From the NCBI GenBank assembly GCA_049521735.1, contig JBEKON010000001.1, positions 16,351 through 80,350 of the forward strand: DNA of 64,000 nucleotides, in the 5' to 3' direction. The DNA is from Verrucomicrobiota bacterium (lineage in GTDB: Bacteria; Verrucomicrobiota; Verrucomicrobiia; Limisphaerales; UBA11358). Below are positions 1 to 8,779 of the stretch, in pieces. Position numbers and translations under genes: made by a program. The stretch's first letter is position 1. Each line of letters begins with the position of its first letter. The notes beneath the pieces are model-generated. The model was not told the origin of the DNA. It saw only the letters and a list, made by a program, of their open reading frames with translations, and did no database searches.

Positions 1-1037
1 AGCGCATCTTCCTTTTGCTGGATGCCCAATTCATAACGCGGCGTGCCGGGACCGCCTTCACCGCCACGGAACCGGCGGCGCTGGTAAAGAATCACCGGCT
101 CGACCGCCGAAAGCAGTTTCGCCGCGGTCATCAAACCGACCGTGACGCGCGTGCGGCGGAAGACCGCTTCGATGATTTCGCCGTGCGAATAATTCGGGAT
201 AATGACGCCGTCCTTGATGGCGTAACCGCCGACAATGCGGTTCGCGGGCACTTTCAAGTTGAAAACGGGGTCGTTCGTGGACGAAAGCTGGTGGACGAGT
301 TTCTTTGTGGGCGTGCCGCGGTCGAATATGCCGGGATCCGTTTCTTCCAGGATGATCATGCAACTGCCCTTGATCCGTTTATCGTCGGAGTCCACGGCAG
401 CCGTCACGACATTGGCGAAGCCCATGTTCGTGATGAAACGACCGCGTTTTTCCACCTGCAACAACGGTTCCTGGCCATCCTTCCATTCGGCGACGCGCAC
501 CTTGCCCGCCATCATGCCGGTCTCGACGCCGACGAACGGGATCGGTTCAGTGAGCGCGAATGCAGCGCGAACCTGCTTGCGGTTCTCACCCGGCTTGAGC
601 GGCGCGGCATTGCTGACGTATTTGGCGCGCTGCTCCGGCGTGCCGCGCTCGTGAATGGGCGCCAGGCCAAGATTGCTGGCAAGGCTGCCGGTGGCCGCGC
701 CTGCGTCCACCCACGACAGCTCGAACGCGATCAGCGCCAGCATGAGATTTTTTGGTCCGGCGATGAAACCGCCCTGTTCCGGATCCAGAGACGCGGCGGT
801 GATGCCGCTTTCGTCGAAGTGCGGGAGCAGGCCGGCTTTCTCCGCCGTCCATTCGTGCGAATTGCGCCCGCCCGCGGCGACGAGCCGGGCGACCGGTCCG
901 CGCGCCACCTGCCGCGCCGCCTGCACCAGCATGTGCAGTTCGTAGCGGTCGGCGAAACGCCACATGATCTGGCGCACATCGTCCCCGGGCAAAGTTTGCA
1001 GTCCTGGCGGCGATTTCGTTTCGGCAGGCGCTTCCAT
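1..1037 (-). CDS. acyl-CoA dehydrogenase family protein (first 345 codons; 3' end runs off the left window edge)
   Basis: Absent from the ORF track because its stop lies outside the window. Hand check: ATG at 1037..1035, and no in-frame plus-strand triplet from 1035 down to 3 is tta, cta or tca, so the frame is open for 345 codons. The translation MEAPAETKSPPGLQ...FALTEPIPFVGVETG...RGRFITNMGFANV...KLVHQLSSTNDPVFNLKVPANRIVGG has the layout of ACAD N-terminal and middle domains. The 15..1196 + ORF is its antisense shadow. Confidence 0.6.
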   Translation of the reverse strand, partial: MEAPAETKSPPGLQTLPGDDVRQIMWRFADRYELHMLVQAARQVARGPVARLVAAGGRNSHEWTAEKAGLLPHFDESGITAASLDPEQGGFIAGPKNLMLALIAFELSWVDAGAATGSLASNLGLAPIHERGTPEQRAKYVSNAAPLKPGENRKQVRAAFALTEPIPFVGVETGMMAGKVRVAEWKDGQEPLLQVEKRGRFITNMGFANVVTAAVDSDDKRIKGSCMIILEETDPGIFDRGTPTKKLVHQLSSTNDPVFNLKVPANRIVGGYAIKDGVIIPNYSHGEIIEAVFRRTRVTVGLMTAAKLLSAVEPVILYQRRRFRGGEGGPGTPRYELGIQQKEDA

Positions 1038-1164
1038 AAAAAAATTCAGTTACAGATGGTTTTTGTCATCGAAAATCCGCGCCCGGCTTTGGCAACCGAT
1101 GCGCGCGCGGAATTTTCCGCAAGAAACCGTGGTTTTGCCAGAATAAACAGCGCCACCAACCAAG

Positions 1165-1896
1165 TTAATTCACCCGCTCGGCGATCTGGTATTTGAACAT
1201 GCGCTTCTTCATCCAGCGCACCGCAAGCAGGTCGTAGAATGACGCAAACAGCCGGTTCCAAACACCGTAATGGCTCTGGCCGGCGAACCGCAGGCTGTTG
1301 CTCACTTCGATTTCCGTGACTGTAAAACCTTCGATCTTGAACAGCGTCGGCAGGAACCGGTGCATGCCCTTGAAAAATTTCAGGTTGTCAATGCACTCGC
1401 GCCTGAACGCGCGGTAGGTGCAGCCGGCATCAGAAATTTGCTCGCCGCTCAACTTGTTCCGCACCCAGTTGGCGATGTTCGATGAGGCTACTTTGACGAA
1501 ATTATCGCCTTCGCCGCGCGCTTTCACGCGTGTGCCGCAGACGCAATCGTAATGCTTTAACGCCTCCAGAAATTTTGGCAAATCCTTCGGGTCATTCTGC
1601 AAATCGGCGTCCACGGTGATGATGTATTTGCCGCGTGCGGCCTTCATGCCGGCGAAACTCGCCGCGCTTTCGCCGCAATTGAACGCGAACCGCTGCGCGC
1701 GGATGCGCGGGTCGCCCGCCGCGAGTTCCTTGAGGATTTCCCACGACTTGTCCCTGCTGCAATCGTCGGTGATGACGACTTCGTAAGGCAGCTTGAACGG
1801 CTCAACCGCCTCGCGGATGGCTGTGATGAGCGCGCGCAAATTGTCCTGCTCGTTGTAGCAGGGAATCACGAGGCTTAATGTGGGCGTCTCGGCCAT
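1165..1896 (-). CDS. family-2 glycosyltransferase, polyprenyl-phosphate sugar transferase type (ArnC/DPM1-like)
   Basis: ORF 1165..1932. It carries LSLVIPCYNEQDNL, ITDDCSRDKS and VDADLQNDP (DXD) motifs. Start moved to ATG 1896 (MAETPTLSLVIP...), which overlaps the upstream stop as TAATG. Confidence 0.85.
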   Translation of the reverse strand: MAETPTLSLVIPCYNEQDNLRALITAIREAVEPFKLPYEVVITDDCSRDKSWEILKELAAGDPRIRAQRFAFNCGESAASFAGMKAARGKYIITVDADLQNDPKDLPKFLEALKHYDCVCGTRVKARGEGDNFVKVASSNIANWVRNKLSGEQISDAGCTYRAFRRECIDNLKFFKGMHRFLPTLFKIEGFTVTEIEVSNSLRFAGQSHYGVWNRLFASFYDLLAVRWMKKRMFKYQIAERVN

Positions 1897-2984
1897 TATT
1901 TCTTCCCAAAAAATTCCGCAATCGCGTCGCAAACCTTGTCCGCGGCGTCCAAAGCCATTTCACCGTGGATCGGCAGCGACAAAATTTCCTTCACCGCTTG
2001 TTCGGTTTTCGGCAGGCGCGGAATGTTTTTGAATTTGTTCACGATCGCCGGCTGTTGATGATTCGGCACGGGATAATGGATGCCGGTGCCAATGCCGCGT
2101 TCCTTCAGGAAATTTTGCAGCTCATCGCGCTTCCCTGTGCGGATGACATACATGTGATAGACCGCTCGCGCCCACGGCTTTTCCACTGGTGTTGCGACGA
2201 TGCCTTTGAGCCGCTCGTTGTAGCGCGCGGCGATTTTCCGGCGGTTGTCATTGAAGCCGTCGAGATGTTTCAGCATCACGCGGCCAATGGCAGCCTTGAT
2301 TTCGTCGAAGCGCACGTTGAACCCGGCGAATTCGTGGAGATATTTGTCCTTGCGCCCGTGGTTGCGGAGCATCCGGACTTTTTCGGCGAGCGCATCGTCG
2401 TTCGTCACGAGGCAGCCGCCATCACCGAGCACGGTGAGGTTTTTCGACGGGAAAAACGAGAACGCACCGAAGTTGCCCATCGAACCGACGGTTTTACCGT
2501 TGTATTTCGCGCCCTGCGCCTGCGCGCAATCTTCGAGCACCCACAACTTGCGCTTCGCGGCGATTTGAAACACGCGATCCAGATTCACCGGATGACCGTA
2601 GAGATGCACCGGGATGATGCCGACGGTGCGCGGCGTGATGAGCGATTCCAGCTGCTCCACGTCCATGCAAAACGTGTCGTCAATGTCGTAAAACACCGGT
2701 GTCGCGCCGCAATGGATCAGCGGTTCCATCGTCGGGAACGCGGTGTGCGACGGCACGATGACTTCATCGCCCGGCTTCAGGTTTTGGGCGAGGTGAAGCA
2801 TGTAAACAATCATCGTCCACGACGTGCCGAGGATGGCGTGTTTGACGCCGGTATGCGCGGCGAGTTCGGCTTCAAAGGCCTTGCACTCGGATGCGAGGAT
2901 GTATTGGCCGGAGCGGATGGCGCGTAATGCGGCCTCCTCGACTTCCGGGTTCACGAAACATTTTGATAACGGGATTTTTTGCAT
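1896..2984 (-). CDS. DegT/DnrJ/EryC1/StrS-family PLP-dependent sugar aminotransferase (ArnB/WecE-like)
   Basis: ORF 1896..3017. It contains GAFSFFPSKNLTVLGDGG, the conserved PLP-lysine region, and family-typical length. The track start at 3017 is a GTG inside a repeat arm. The first ATG is at 2984 (MQKIPLSK...). Confidence 0.85.
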   Translation of the reverse strand: MQKIPLSKCFVNPEVEEAALRAIRSGQYILASECKAFEAELAAHTGVKHAILGTSWTMIVYMLHLAQNLKPGDEVIVPSHTAFPTMEPLIHCGATPVFYDIDDTFCMDVEQLESLITPRTVGIIPVHLYGHPVNLDRVFQIAAKRKLWVLEDCAQAQGAKYNGKTVGSMGNFGAFSFFPSKNLTVLGDGGCLVTNDDALAEKVRMLRNHGRKDKYLHEFAGFNVRFDEIKAAIGRVMLKHLDGFNDNRRKIAARYNERLKGIVATPVEKPWARAVYHMYVIRTGKRDELQNFLKERGIGTGIHYPVPNHQQPAIVNKFKNIPRLPKTEQAVKEILSLPIHGEMALDAADKVCDAIAEFFGKK

Positions 2985-3002
2985 AAATTTTTCCGGTTTT
3001 TT

Positions 3003-3102
3003 ACCACAGATGGACACGGATCAACATGGATAAAAAACAAAAGGGGGCATAGAACTGCCCGGCCTGCCAACAAATCCGTGTGCATCTGTGTTCATCCGTG
3101 GT
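3003..3102. repeat. inverted pair of ACACGGAT-type three-unit decamer arms (family A)
   Basis: Left arm 3003..3031 is ACCACAGATGGACACGGATCAACATGGAT. Right arm 3074..3102 is its imperfect reverse complement (ATCCGTGTGCATCTGTGTTCATCCGTGGT). The spacer is 42 bp. The pair lies in the gap between two co-directional genes. Confidence 0.85.
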
Positions 3103-3112
3103 TGAAATTCTT

Positions 3113-4096
3113 TTACAATTGGACGGCTCTGCCGGTTTTCACGGATTCCAGCGCGGCGTTCAATACGCGGACGGAATCGTAGCCGGCCCAGCCGTCGGCG
3201 CGCGGTGCCTTGCGCGTTTGCACCGAATCCACGAACGCGCGCAGCTCCGCCAGCAACGGTTCTTCCGGCGGCGTTTCAATTTGCGTCACGACGCCCTCGA
3301 TCGCTTTGAAATCCTTGCCGTCGCGGACGTGCTTGTTCCCGTAGGTCTTGATTTTGTATTGCGCGACGTTGTAATCACAAACCGCGCTCATCCTGTCGCC
3401 GCAGACGATGACTTCGCGGAATTTGCCGGGGATGAAATAGTCGTTCTCGACCGTCGCCCAGGTTTTGCCGTGCGGCGTTTCGTATTCGAGCGACACGAAC
3501 GACACGTCCTCCATGCCGCGCCCCATGAAATCATGGTGAATGGCCAGCACGCTCTTCGGCAGTGCGTTCAAGACATAGTTGAACAAATCCACGAAGTGGA
3601 TGCCGTCGGCGAACATCACGCCGCTGTCGTTACGCGGGCGTTTGAAACCGCCGAAATGCCCGCGAATCATGTTCACGCGACCAAACTGGCCGGACTGAAT
3701 CGCGTCGCGAATCCACAACGTCGCTGGATCAAACCGCAGAATGTGCCCGACTTGCAGGATGCGGCCCTTGCGGGCGGCCAATTCGGCCAAAGCTTTGGAT
3801 TCCTCGTTCGCGAGAGTCAGTGGTTTTTCAACAAACACGTCTTTGCCGGCTTCAAGGAATTCCTTGCAGAGCGAAAAATGTGTCTGCGCGGGTGTGACAA
3901 CGGCCACACAGTCTACCTTGCTGGTAAAATCCTTGTAATTCGTCGTGAGGCGCGCATCGGGCAGGCCGAGTTTGCGCGCAGGCTCGAGCTGTTTCGCGCC
4001 CACTTCGGCCACGTAAAGCTCGACGGGCATCGAATTGAGATTGCGCAAATGGTTGGCACCCCAGCGACCCACACCCAGCAAAAGAATTTTTGTCAT
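3113..4096 (-). CDS. Gfo/Idh/MocA-family NAD(P)-dependent sugar oxidoreductase
   Basis: ORF 3113..4189. The Rossmann N-terminus MTKILLLGVGRWGANHLRNL follows an internal ATG at 4096. The overall pattern is Gfo/Idh/MocA-like (EKPLT motif). Confidence 0.8.
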   Translation of the reverse strand: MTKILLLGVGRWGANHLRNLNSMPVELYVAEVGAKQLEPARKLGLPDARLTTNYKDFTSKVDCVAVVTPAQTHFSLCKEFLEAGKDVFVEKPLTLANEESKALAELAARKGRILQVGHILRFDPATLWIRDAIQSGQFGRVNMIRGHFGGFKRPRNDSGVMFADGIHFVDLFNYVLNALPKSVLAIHHDFMGRGMEDVSFVSLEYETPHGKTWATVENDYFIPGKFREVIVCGDRMSAVCDYNVAQYKIKTYGNKHVRDGKDFKAIEGVVTQIETPPEEPLLAELRAFVDSVQTRKAPRADGWAGYDSVRVLNAALESVKTGRAVQL

Positions 4097-4195
4097 CGGA
4101 ATTTGACAGTGCAAACGCACGACTCGCCGTTTGAAACCGGCACTTCTAATCCACGAAATCTCACGGGCGCGCAAGCTAAAAGCCAGCACTTCTGA

Positions 4196-5914
4196 TTAAC
4201 GATTCACCGACAATTTCCATTGGCCGACCTGCGTCACGGAACGCAACGGCATGGCACTATGAACGGAGCGGAAATGTTCCATCGTGCCGCCGAAGCTGAC
4301 AATCCACACGCGTCCTTTGCCCTGAAGCAATTGCGCGAGTGCATCTTCATCGGGTAGAAGCCGTTCACCAAGCCGCCCGCGGTTGCCGGGAAATTCAAAT
4401 GGGACTTGCGTCAAATCCATGCCGCCAAAATACGGACGGTCTGACGACGAAATCACTCCGCCCGAATAAAATGCCAATCCTTGCGGCAGCCTGCCCCAGC
4501 ACACAACGGCGTCGCCGGATTGAAAATTTTCGCGCAACGCCAGACCGAGCGGTTTCAAGGTTTGATTGGATTTGAAATCCGTTTCGAACAACGGCGCCTC
4601 GGCAGTAACCACTATCAGTGAAAAAATCCCCAGCCCGGCGGTAATTGCCGCGCGCATGGAGATGCTCCATTTTTTTGCCAGCCAAAAAATTCCCAATCCA
4701 ACGACAACCGCCACCGGTGCCTGCCACTTCATCCATTCCGGCAGCGTCACATGAAAAACAGGCGGAAGGGCGAGCGGAACGACAATTAAAAGCAACATGG
4801 AACTGGCCGCGCACAACCGCCAAAGCCAGTTTGGAGCGTGTGGAATATTTGGATTTTCCACTTCATTAAAAAACCGTAGCGCAGCGAGCAAAGCGATTGC
4901 GGGGAAAATCGGTAAAATGTAGGCAGGCAGTTTGGACTGCGAAAGCGAAAACAGCACGAATGTAAAAATCGTCCAGACATTCAGCAACACCCAGGCATCT
5001 TTTGATTTTACATCCAAACCGCGCCAGTGCGCCCGGCGCCACAACCAGCCGAGCAGCCATGTCCACGGCAAAAGTCCGACGGCGAGAATTCCGAAGAAAT
5101 AGAAGAAGCTGCCGTGACGGTTTTTAATCGTCGTGCCGAGTAGATGTCCGGCGGCCTGGCCAAAGACCATGTAATGAAACGCGTCCGGCACCCGCTGAAA
5201 AACCGCCAGAAACCACGGCATTACCAAAACCAAAAACAGCGCCAGCCCGCCAATCAGCCCGCCGAACAGAAGTTTCTTTTGAGAAAAACTTTTCCTGCGA
5301 TAAATAACCAACGCTGCCAGCGCAACGAGTGGAATGGCCACGGCAACCGGTCCTTTGGTCAAAAAACCGGCTGCGATTGCAACCCAACCGGCCAGATGCC
5401 ATCTTAGGAAAGTTGAAGGTTGAAGGTTGAAGGTTGAAGGTAAAACAAGCCAAGACCGCCAGAAAAAATACATTGCCCACGCGATGAATTGCGCCAAGAA
5501 AATGTCCGGCGTCAGCATTCGCGCCATGACGAAGTAGAGCAATGAGCTTTGCAGAATCAGCGCGCTCCACAACCCGGCGCGGCGGCCGCCGATGGAACAG
5601 CCCAGCAGCCACACCGCCCACACGCCGCTGATGCCTGCCAGCGCGAGCGGCAGGCGCACAGCCCATTCGTTCTGGCCGAACAGTTTCATCGAAACCGCCA
5701 CAAGCCAGTAAGTCATCGGCGGTTTGTCGAGGTGCGGCAGATACCAGAAATGCGGCACGAGCCAGTTGCCGGTCTCAATCATTTCGCGCGCGACTTCCGA
5801 GTAGCGGCCTTCGTCCGGCTCATTCAACGCGCGGCTGCCGAGCAGGAAAGAAAAGGTGAAGACGGTCAACGCCAGCAAAACCCATCTTTGGCGTGCTCCG
5901 GTTAAAATCGGCAT
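4196..5914 (-). CDS. ArnT/PMT-like (GT39/GT83) polytopic glycosyltransferase using a lipid-linked sugar donor
   Basis: ORF 4196..5938, whose track start is TTG. The first ATG is at 5914. N-terminal LNEPDEGRYSEVAREMIETGNWLVPHF matches the ArnT/PMT signature region. Many predicted TM segments. Confidence 0.8.
   Translation of the reverse strand: MPILTGARQRWVLLALTVFTFSFLLGSRALNEPDEGRYSEVAREMIETGNWLVPHFWYLPHLDKPPMTYWLVAVSMKLFGQNEWAVRLPLALAGISGVWAVWLLGCSIGGRRAGLWSALILQSSLLYFVMARMLTPDIFLAQFIAWAMYFFWRSWLVLPSTFNLQPSTFLRWHLAGWVAIAAGFLTKGPVAVAIPLVALAALVIYRRKSFSQKKLLFGGLIGGLALFLVLVMPWFLAVFQRVPDAFHYMVFGQAAGHLLGTTIKNRHGSFFYFFGILAVGLLPWTWLLGWLWRRAHWRGLDVKSKDAWVLLNVWTIFTFVLFSLSQSKLPAYILPIFPAIALLAALRFFNEVENPNIPHAPNWLWRLCAASSMLLLIVVPLALPPVFHVTLPEWMKWQAPVAVVVGLGIFWLAKKWSISMRAAITAGLGIFSLIVVTAEAPLFETDFKSNQTLKPLGLALRENFQSGDAVVCWGRLPQGLAFYSGGVISSSDRPYFGGMDLTQVPFEFPGNRGRLGERLLPDEDALAQLLQGKGRVWIVSFGGTMEHFRSVHSAMPLRSVTQVGQWKLSVNR
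5413..5440. repeat. perfect heptanucleotide tandem repeat (TTGAAGG)x4 inside the ArnT-like CDS
   Basis: Read directly: agTTGAAGGTTGAAGGTTGAAGGTTGAAGGt. On the coding strand it encodes PSTFNLQPSTF. Confidence 0.95.
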
Positions 5915-5957
5915 GGCTGGCTTCAAGAAATTTTCCAAGTGCCCAAAACTTTTGCCC

Positions 5958-5984
5958 GCAGATTACGCAGATTTGGCGGATTAG
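5958..5984. repeat. three tandem 9-mers GCAGATTAC/GCAGATTTG/GCGGATTAG
   Basis: Read directly in the intergenic region upstream of the ArnT-like gene. Confidence 0.8.
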
Positions 5985-6091
5985 AAATGAAAATTCATCT
6001 GCGACATCCCCGAACTTTTTGCAGCAACTCATCCAATGACGCGTCGTAAATCACAGCGGCTAAATTAGCGGATTATTGTCATCCGACAAGT

Positions 6092-6170
6092 GCGTTAAAG
6101 CGTTCAAGAGTTGAAGCGTTGAAGCGAATTTACGACCCTTCAATGCTTTAACGATTCAACGATTCAACGC
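6092..6170. repeat. inverted arms, each of four tandem GCGTTGAA-like octamers
   Basis: Left arm 6092..6126 is GCGTTAAA GCGTTCAA GAGTTGAA GCGTTGAA GCG. The reverse complement of right arm 6136..6170 is GCGTTGAA TCGTTGAA TCGTTAAA GCATTGAA GGG. The spacer is 9 bp, and the element ends 2 bp from the stop at 6173. Confidence 0.85.
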
Positions 6171-6172
6171 AG

Positions 6173-7015
6173 TCACAATTCCAATCTCGATGCGCGCGAC
6201 CAGAGGAGATTTTTCAGCGCGAAAAGTTCCAGCGCAAAGGGGATGTAACCGCCGTAACCCAGCAGCGGCATTTCGAAGACGTGCAGGAATTGCGCGCCTG
6301 GCGTGTGATAAATCCATTGCGGCCAGGACCAGTAATTCCACATCTCCCAGAAAAACCCGCAGATCAACGCGCCAAGCGACAGCGAAATCACCGGCCGCCA
6401 GTCGCCGTGTTGCAGCCAGGCCAGAAAATGCGGCCGGCCCAGCCGGCGGTTCACCGGCTCGAAGATGAACACCAGTGAAATCCAGACCAACGGATAGAAA
6501 TATTTCGGCCAGGCCAGCGTCAACGCCAGCATGATCGGCCCGCTGAACATCAGTCCCAAATTGACGCGCGGCGTGTCCGGAATCCGCGCGCCGGGCCGGA
6601 GCGATTTGACCCAGCGGAACGTCCGCACCAGTTCGGCGGTTTCGAACACGGCCGGCATGACGGTGGAAAACGACAGCGTGCAAAGCGCGTAGTATTCGAG
6701 CGGGGTGAATGAGCCGGCGCCGAGGTATTCCCAGTTGCCCGTCCGCCAATTGATGATTTCAAACAGCCACCAAGCCGGCGCGGACAGGATGAAGAGCAGG
6801 ATGAACCCCTTGCGCGAGCGCGTCCACAACGACGTGCCGGCGCGCCACCAGACCAGCGCGTCCACCACGAGGATATAACCCAGCCACAGCGGGAAGAACA
6901 GGTAGGCCGTCCGCAGGCCCGGCAGCGTCCAGTTCAACGGCCAGCACACCGCCAGCAGGAACAGTCCCAGCCAGCCTTGCGGCGCAATTCGCGGCAGTTG
7001 TCGTGCGGCATCCAT
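6173..7015 (-). CDS. polytopic integral membrane protein, function unknown
   Basis: 280-aa ORF with an ATG start. It is Trp/Phe-rich and hydrophobic throughout (LFLLAVCWPLNW..., FWEMWNYWSWPQWIY). I recognise no family. Confidence 0.6.
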   Translation of the reverse strand: MDAARQLPRIAPQGWLGLFLLAVCWPLNWTLPGLRTAYLFFPLWLGYILVVDALVWWRAGTSLWTRSRKGFILLFILSAPAWWLFEIINWRTGNWEYLGAGSFTPLEYYALCTLSFSTVMPAVFETAELVRTFRWVKSLRPGARIPDTPRVNLGLMFSGPIMLALTLAWPKYFYPLVWISLVFIFEPVNRRLGRPHFLAWLQHGDWRPVISLSLGALICGFFWEMWNYWSWPQWIYHTPGAQFLHVFEMPLLGYGGYIPFALELFALKNLLWSRASRLEL

Positions 7016-7165
7016 TGTTTAACCGACACAAAATAACCGGCACTGTTCGGATTGGGAAGCCGGACGGATGGATGAAACCGCAGAGAAAAATGCGGTAGCA
7101 CCCGCGTCTCGCGAGTTGTTTCGAGCGTCACGCCCGAAACTGAATTGCTGGAGTAAACTACATTA

Positions 7166-8779
7166 CTAAAGCTTTACCTTGTCCGCCACTTGCGCCGCGT
7201 CTTTGCCGCTGTGGCCATAGCGAACGGGAGCGTGCTTTCCCAAAACTCCCTTGACCGTCCCTCTCGCTGATTCCATGACGAGTTGTAATTGAGGGACAGG
7301 CTGGGACGTTTTGTAATCTGTTCTTTCCAAGGCGCGCCACTGTTTGCCAAGTCCGGCTTCTTCGGCAATGGCGGACAGGTTGATGCGTTGCAGCAAATCC
7401 ACCGTGACCGATCGTTTGACGCCAGTGAAAATCAAGCTCTGAAGAAATTGCCGGCAGGGTTCGGAATTCAGAATGTCCGCGACGACCTGGGCCTGCGATT
7501 CCCGCTCAAAGGGTAGGTAGTAACAGGCGTCGTCCATGAAAACCGGCTTGCCTTTGAAGGGCCCGATGACTCGAAAGGTTGGGTCGCGATGCAACCCGGA
7601 CACCGCCACCTTCCACGGCATGAACGCGTAGTCGCCAATGCCGAACAAGGCAAATGGCATCCGGCCTTTGTAAATGCTGCTGCCCCGCGCCTCAAATTTT
7701 TTGCGATGGGATTGAAGGTAGCGCCAGGTGCGCGGAACGGTATCTGCCATGACCGCTGTGTCGGCACCAACACGGCGTTGGGTCACGACCACAAAGCGTT
7801 CGGGGGCTGTGTTTCCGTTGGCCAGATCGGTGCATTTCAATAGTGGGAAAAGATTTTGGGGCTCCAATTCCACCACCTCGCCCAGCTTGTTCTCAAAATT
7901 CCTGCCTTGAGCAGGCCAAAGCTCCATGACGCTGGCGCAATCGTGTTTCACCCCGGAACGCCACTGGAATGGGCACAGTCCTTCGAGATGCCGCATCCGA
8001 CGGTAGGCAACGATGTCCGCAACCAAATCCTGTCCCGCCAATCCCATTCGGACGGATGGCTTGGCTGCTGAAAGTGAATCAAAAACGTCCGCTGTTTCCG
8101 GGCCAGCAGAACCCGTTCGCACCAGCAAAAGACATGCGTCAACTGAAGCTCCGAAATGAGCCGACGCATCAATGCGATAAAGCGAGGCCTTAGTGATGCG
8201 TCCATCGTTCTGCCAAGCGTAGCGCAACAGTTTCCTCGCGATTGCTGTCTTGCAAAGCATCGCAATGGTCGCCTCCCGCCCGCGCAGAGCGCGAATCAGC
8301 TGGATGAGCATCCACTCGGAAATGTCGAAATTGGATTTACCTGTGCGCGCCGCAATTCCACGCAGCCCCAAGAAATTTTCTTTCGCCGGAAGATTGCTGC
8401 CATTCATCGCGGAGACGGTTGAATTTGTCACCCACGGTGGATTGCCAAGGATAAGCAGCCTCCCTGGTATTTTTTGCAATTCTGACTCCCAATCGTACGT
8501 GAAAAAATCCTGACAGGTGACAAGCGCGCGTTTTGAAGCTCCGGCTTGTCTGAGTTCCCTCGTTGCTTCCTTGACGTGAGCTTGATTGATATCCCAACCG
8601 AACAACTTTGCGCTTGGAAAACTCTCAGCCGCGGCAACAAGGAAAGTTCCACATCCGCAGGTGGGTTCAATGACAGCATCGGCAGTGACACCTTCAGCCC
8701 GCAATCGGTTGCACACTTCCTGAGCCAAAGGTAGAGGTGTCTGGAAATCACCAAATTCGATGCGCACCTTCGTTTTCAT
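7166..8779 (-). CDS. N6-adenine DNA methyltransferase, gamma-class (TaqI/Eco57I-like order of motifs) with a long C-terminal specificity region
   Basis: FGDFQTPLPLAQEV is followed by motif I IEPTCGCGTFLVAA and motif IV LILGNPPWV. About 300 further residues have no motif I recognise. Its ATG overlaps the upstream stop as ATGA (8776..8779). Confidence 0.8.
   Translation of the reverse strand: MKTKVRIEFGDFQTPLPLAQEVCNRLRAEGVTADAVIEPTCGCGTFLVAAAESFPSAKLFGWDINQAHVKEATRELRQAGASKRALVTCQDFFTYDWESELQKIPGRLLILGNPPWVTNSTVSAMNGSNLPAKENFLGLRGIAARTGKSNFDISEWMLIQLIRALRGREATIAMLCKTAIARKLLRYAWQNDGRITKASLYRIDASAHFGASVDACLLLVRTGSAGPETADVFDSLSAAKPSVRMGLAGQDLVADIVAYRRMRHLEGLCPFQWRSGVKHDCASVMELWPAQGRNFENKLGEVVELEPQNLFPLLKCTDLANGNTAPERFVVVTQRRVGADTAVMADTVPRTWRYLQSHRKKFEARGSSIYKGRMPFALFGIGDYAFMPWKVAVSGLHRDPTFRVIGPFKGKPVFMDDACYYLPFERESQAQVVADILNSEPCRQFLQSLIFTGVKRSVTVDLLQRINLSAIAEEAGLGKQWRALERTDYKTSQPVPQLQLVMESARGTVKGVLGKHAPVRYGHSGKDAAQVADKVKL

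Noticed and set aside
15-1196. 393-aa plus-strand ORF
   Set aside because: It is Arg/Gly/His/Asp-rich with no recognisable motif, and it is exactly antisense to an open ACAD-like frame on the minus strand. This is the typical GC-rich antisense artefact.
7077-7096. Hairpin ACCGCA-gagaaaaa-TGCGGT downstream of the methyltransferase as a terminator
   Set aside because: The stem is only 6 bp, and on the transcribed strand it is followed by TTCATCC rather than a U-run. That is too weak to call.
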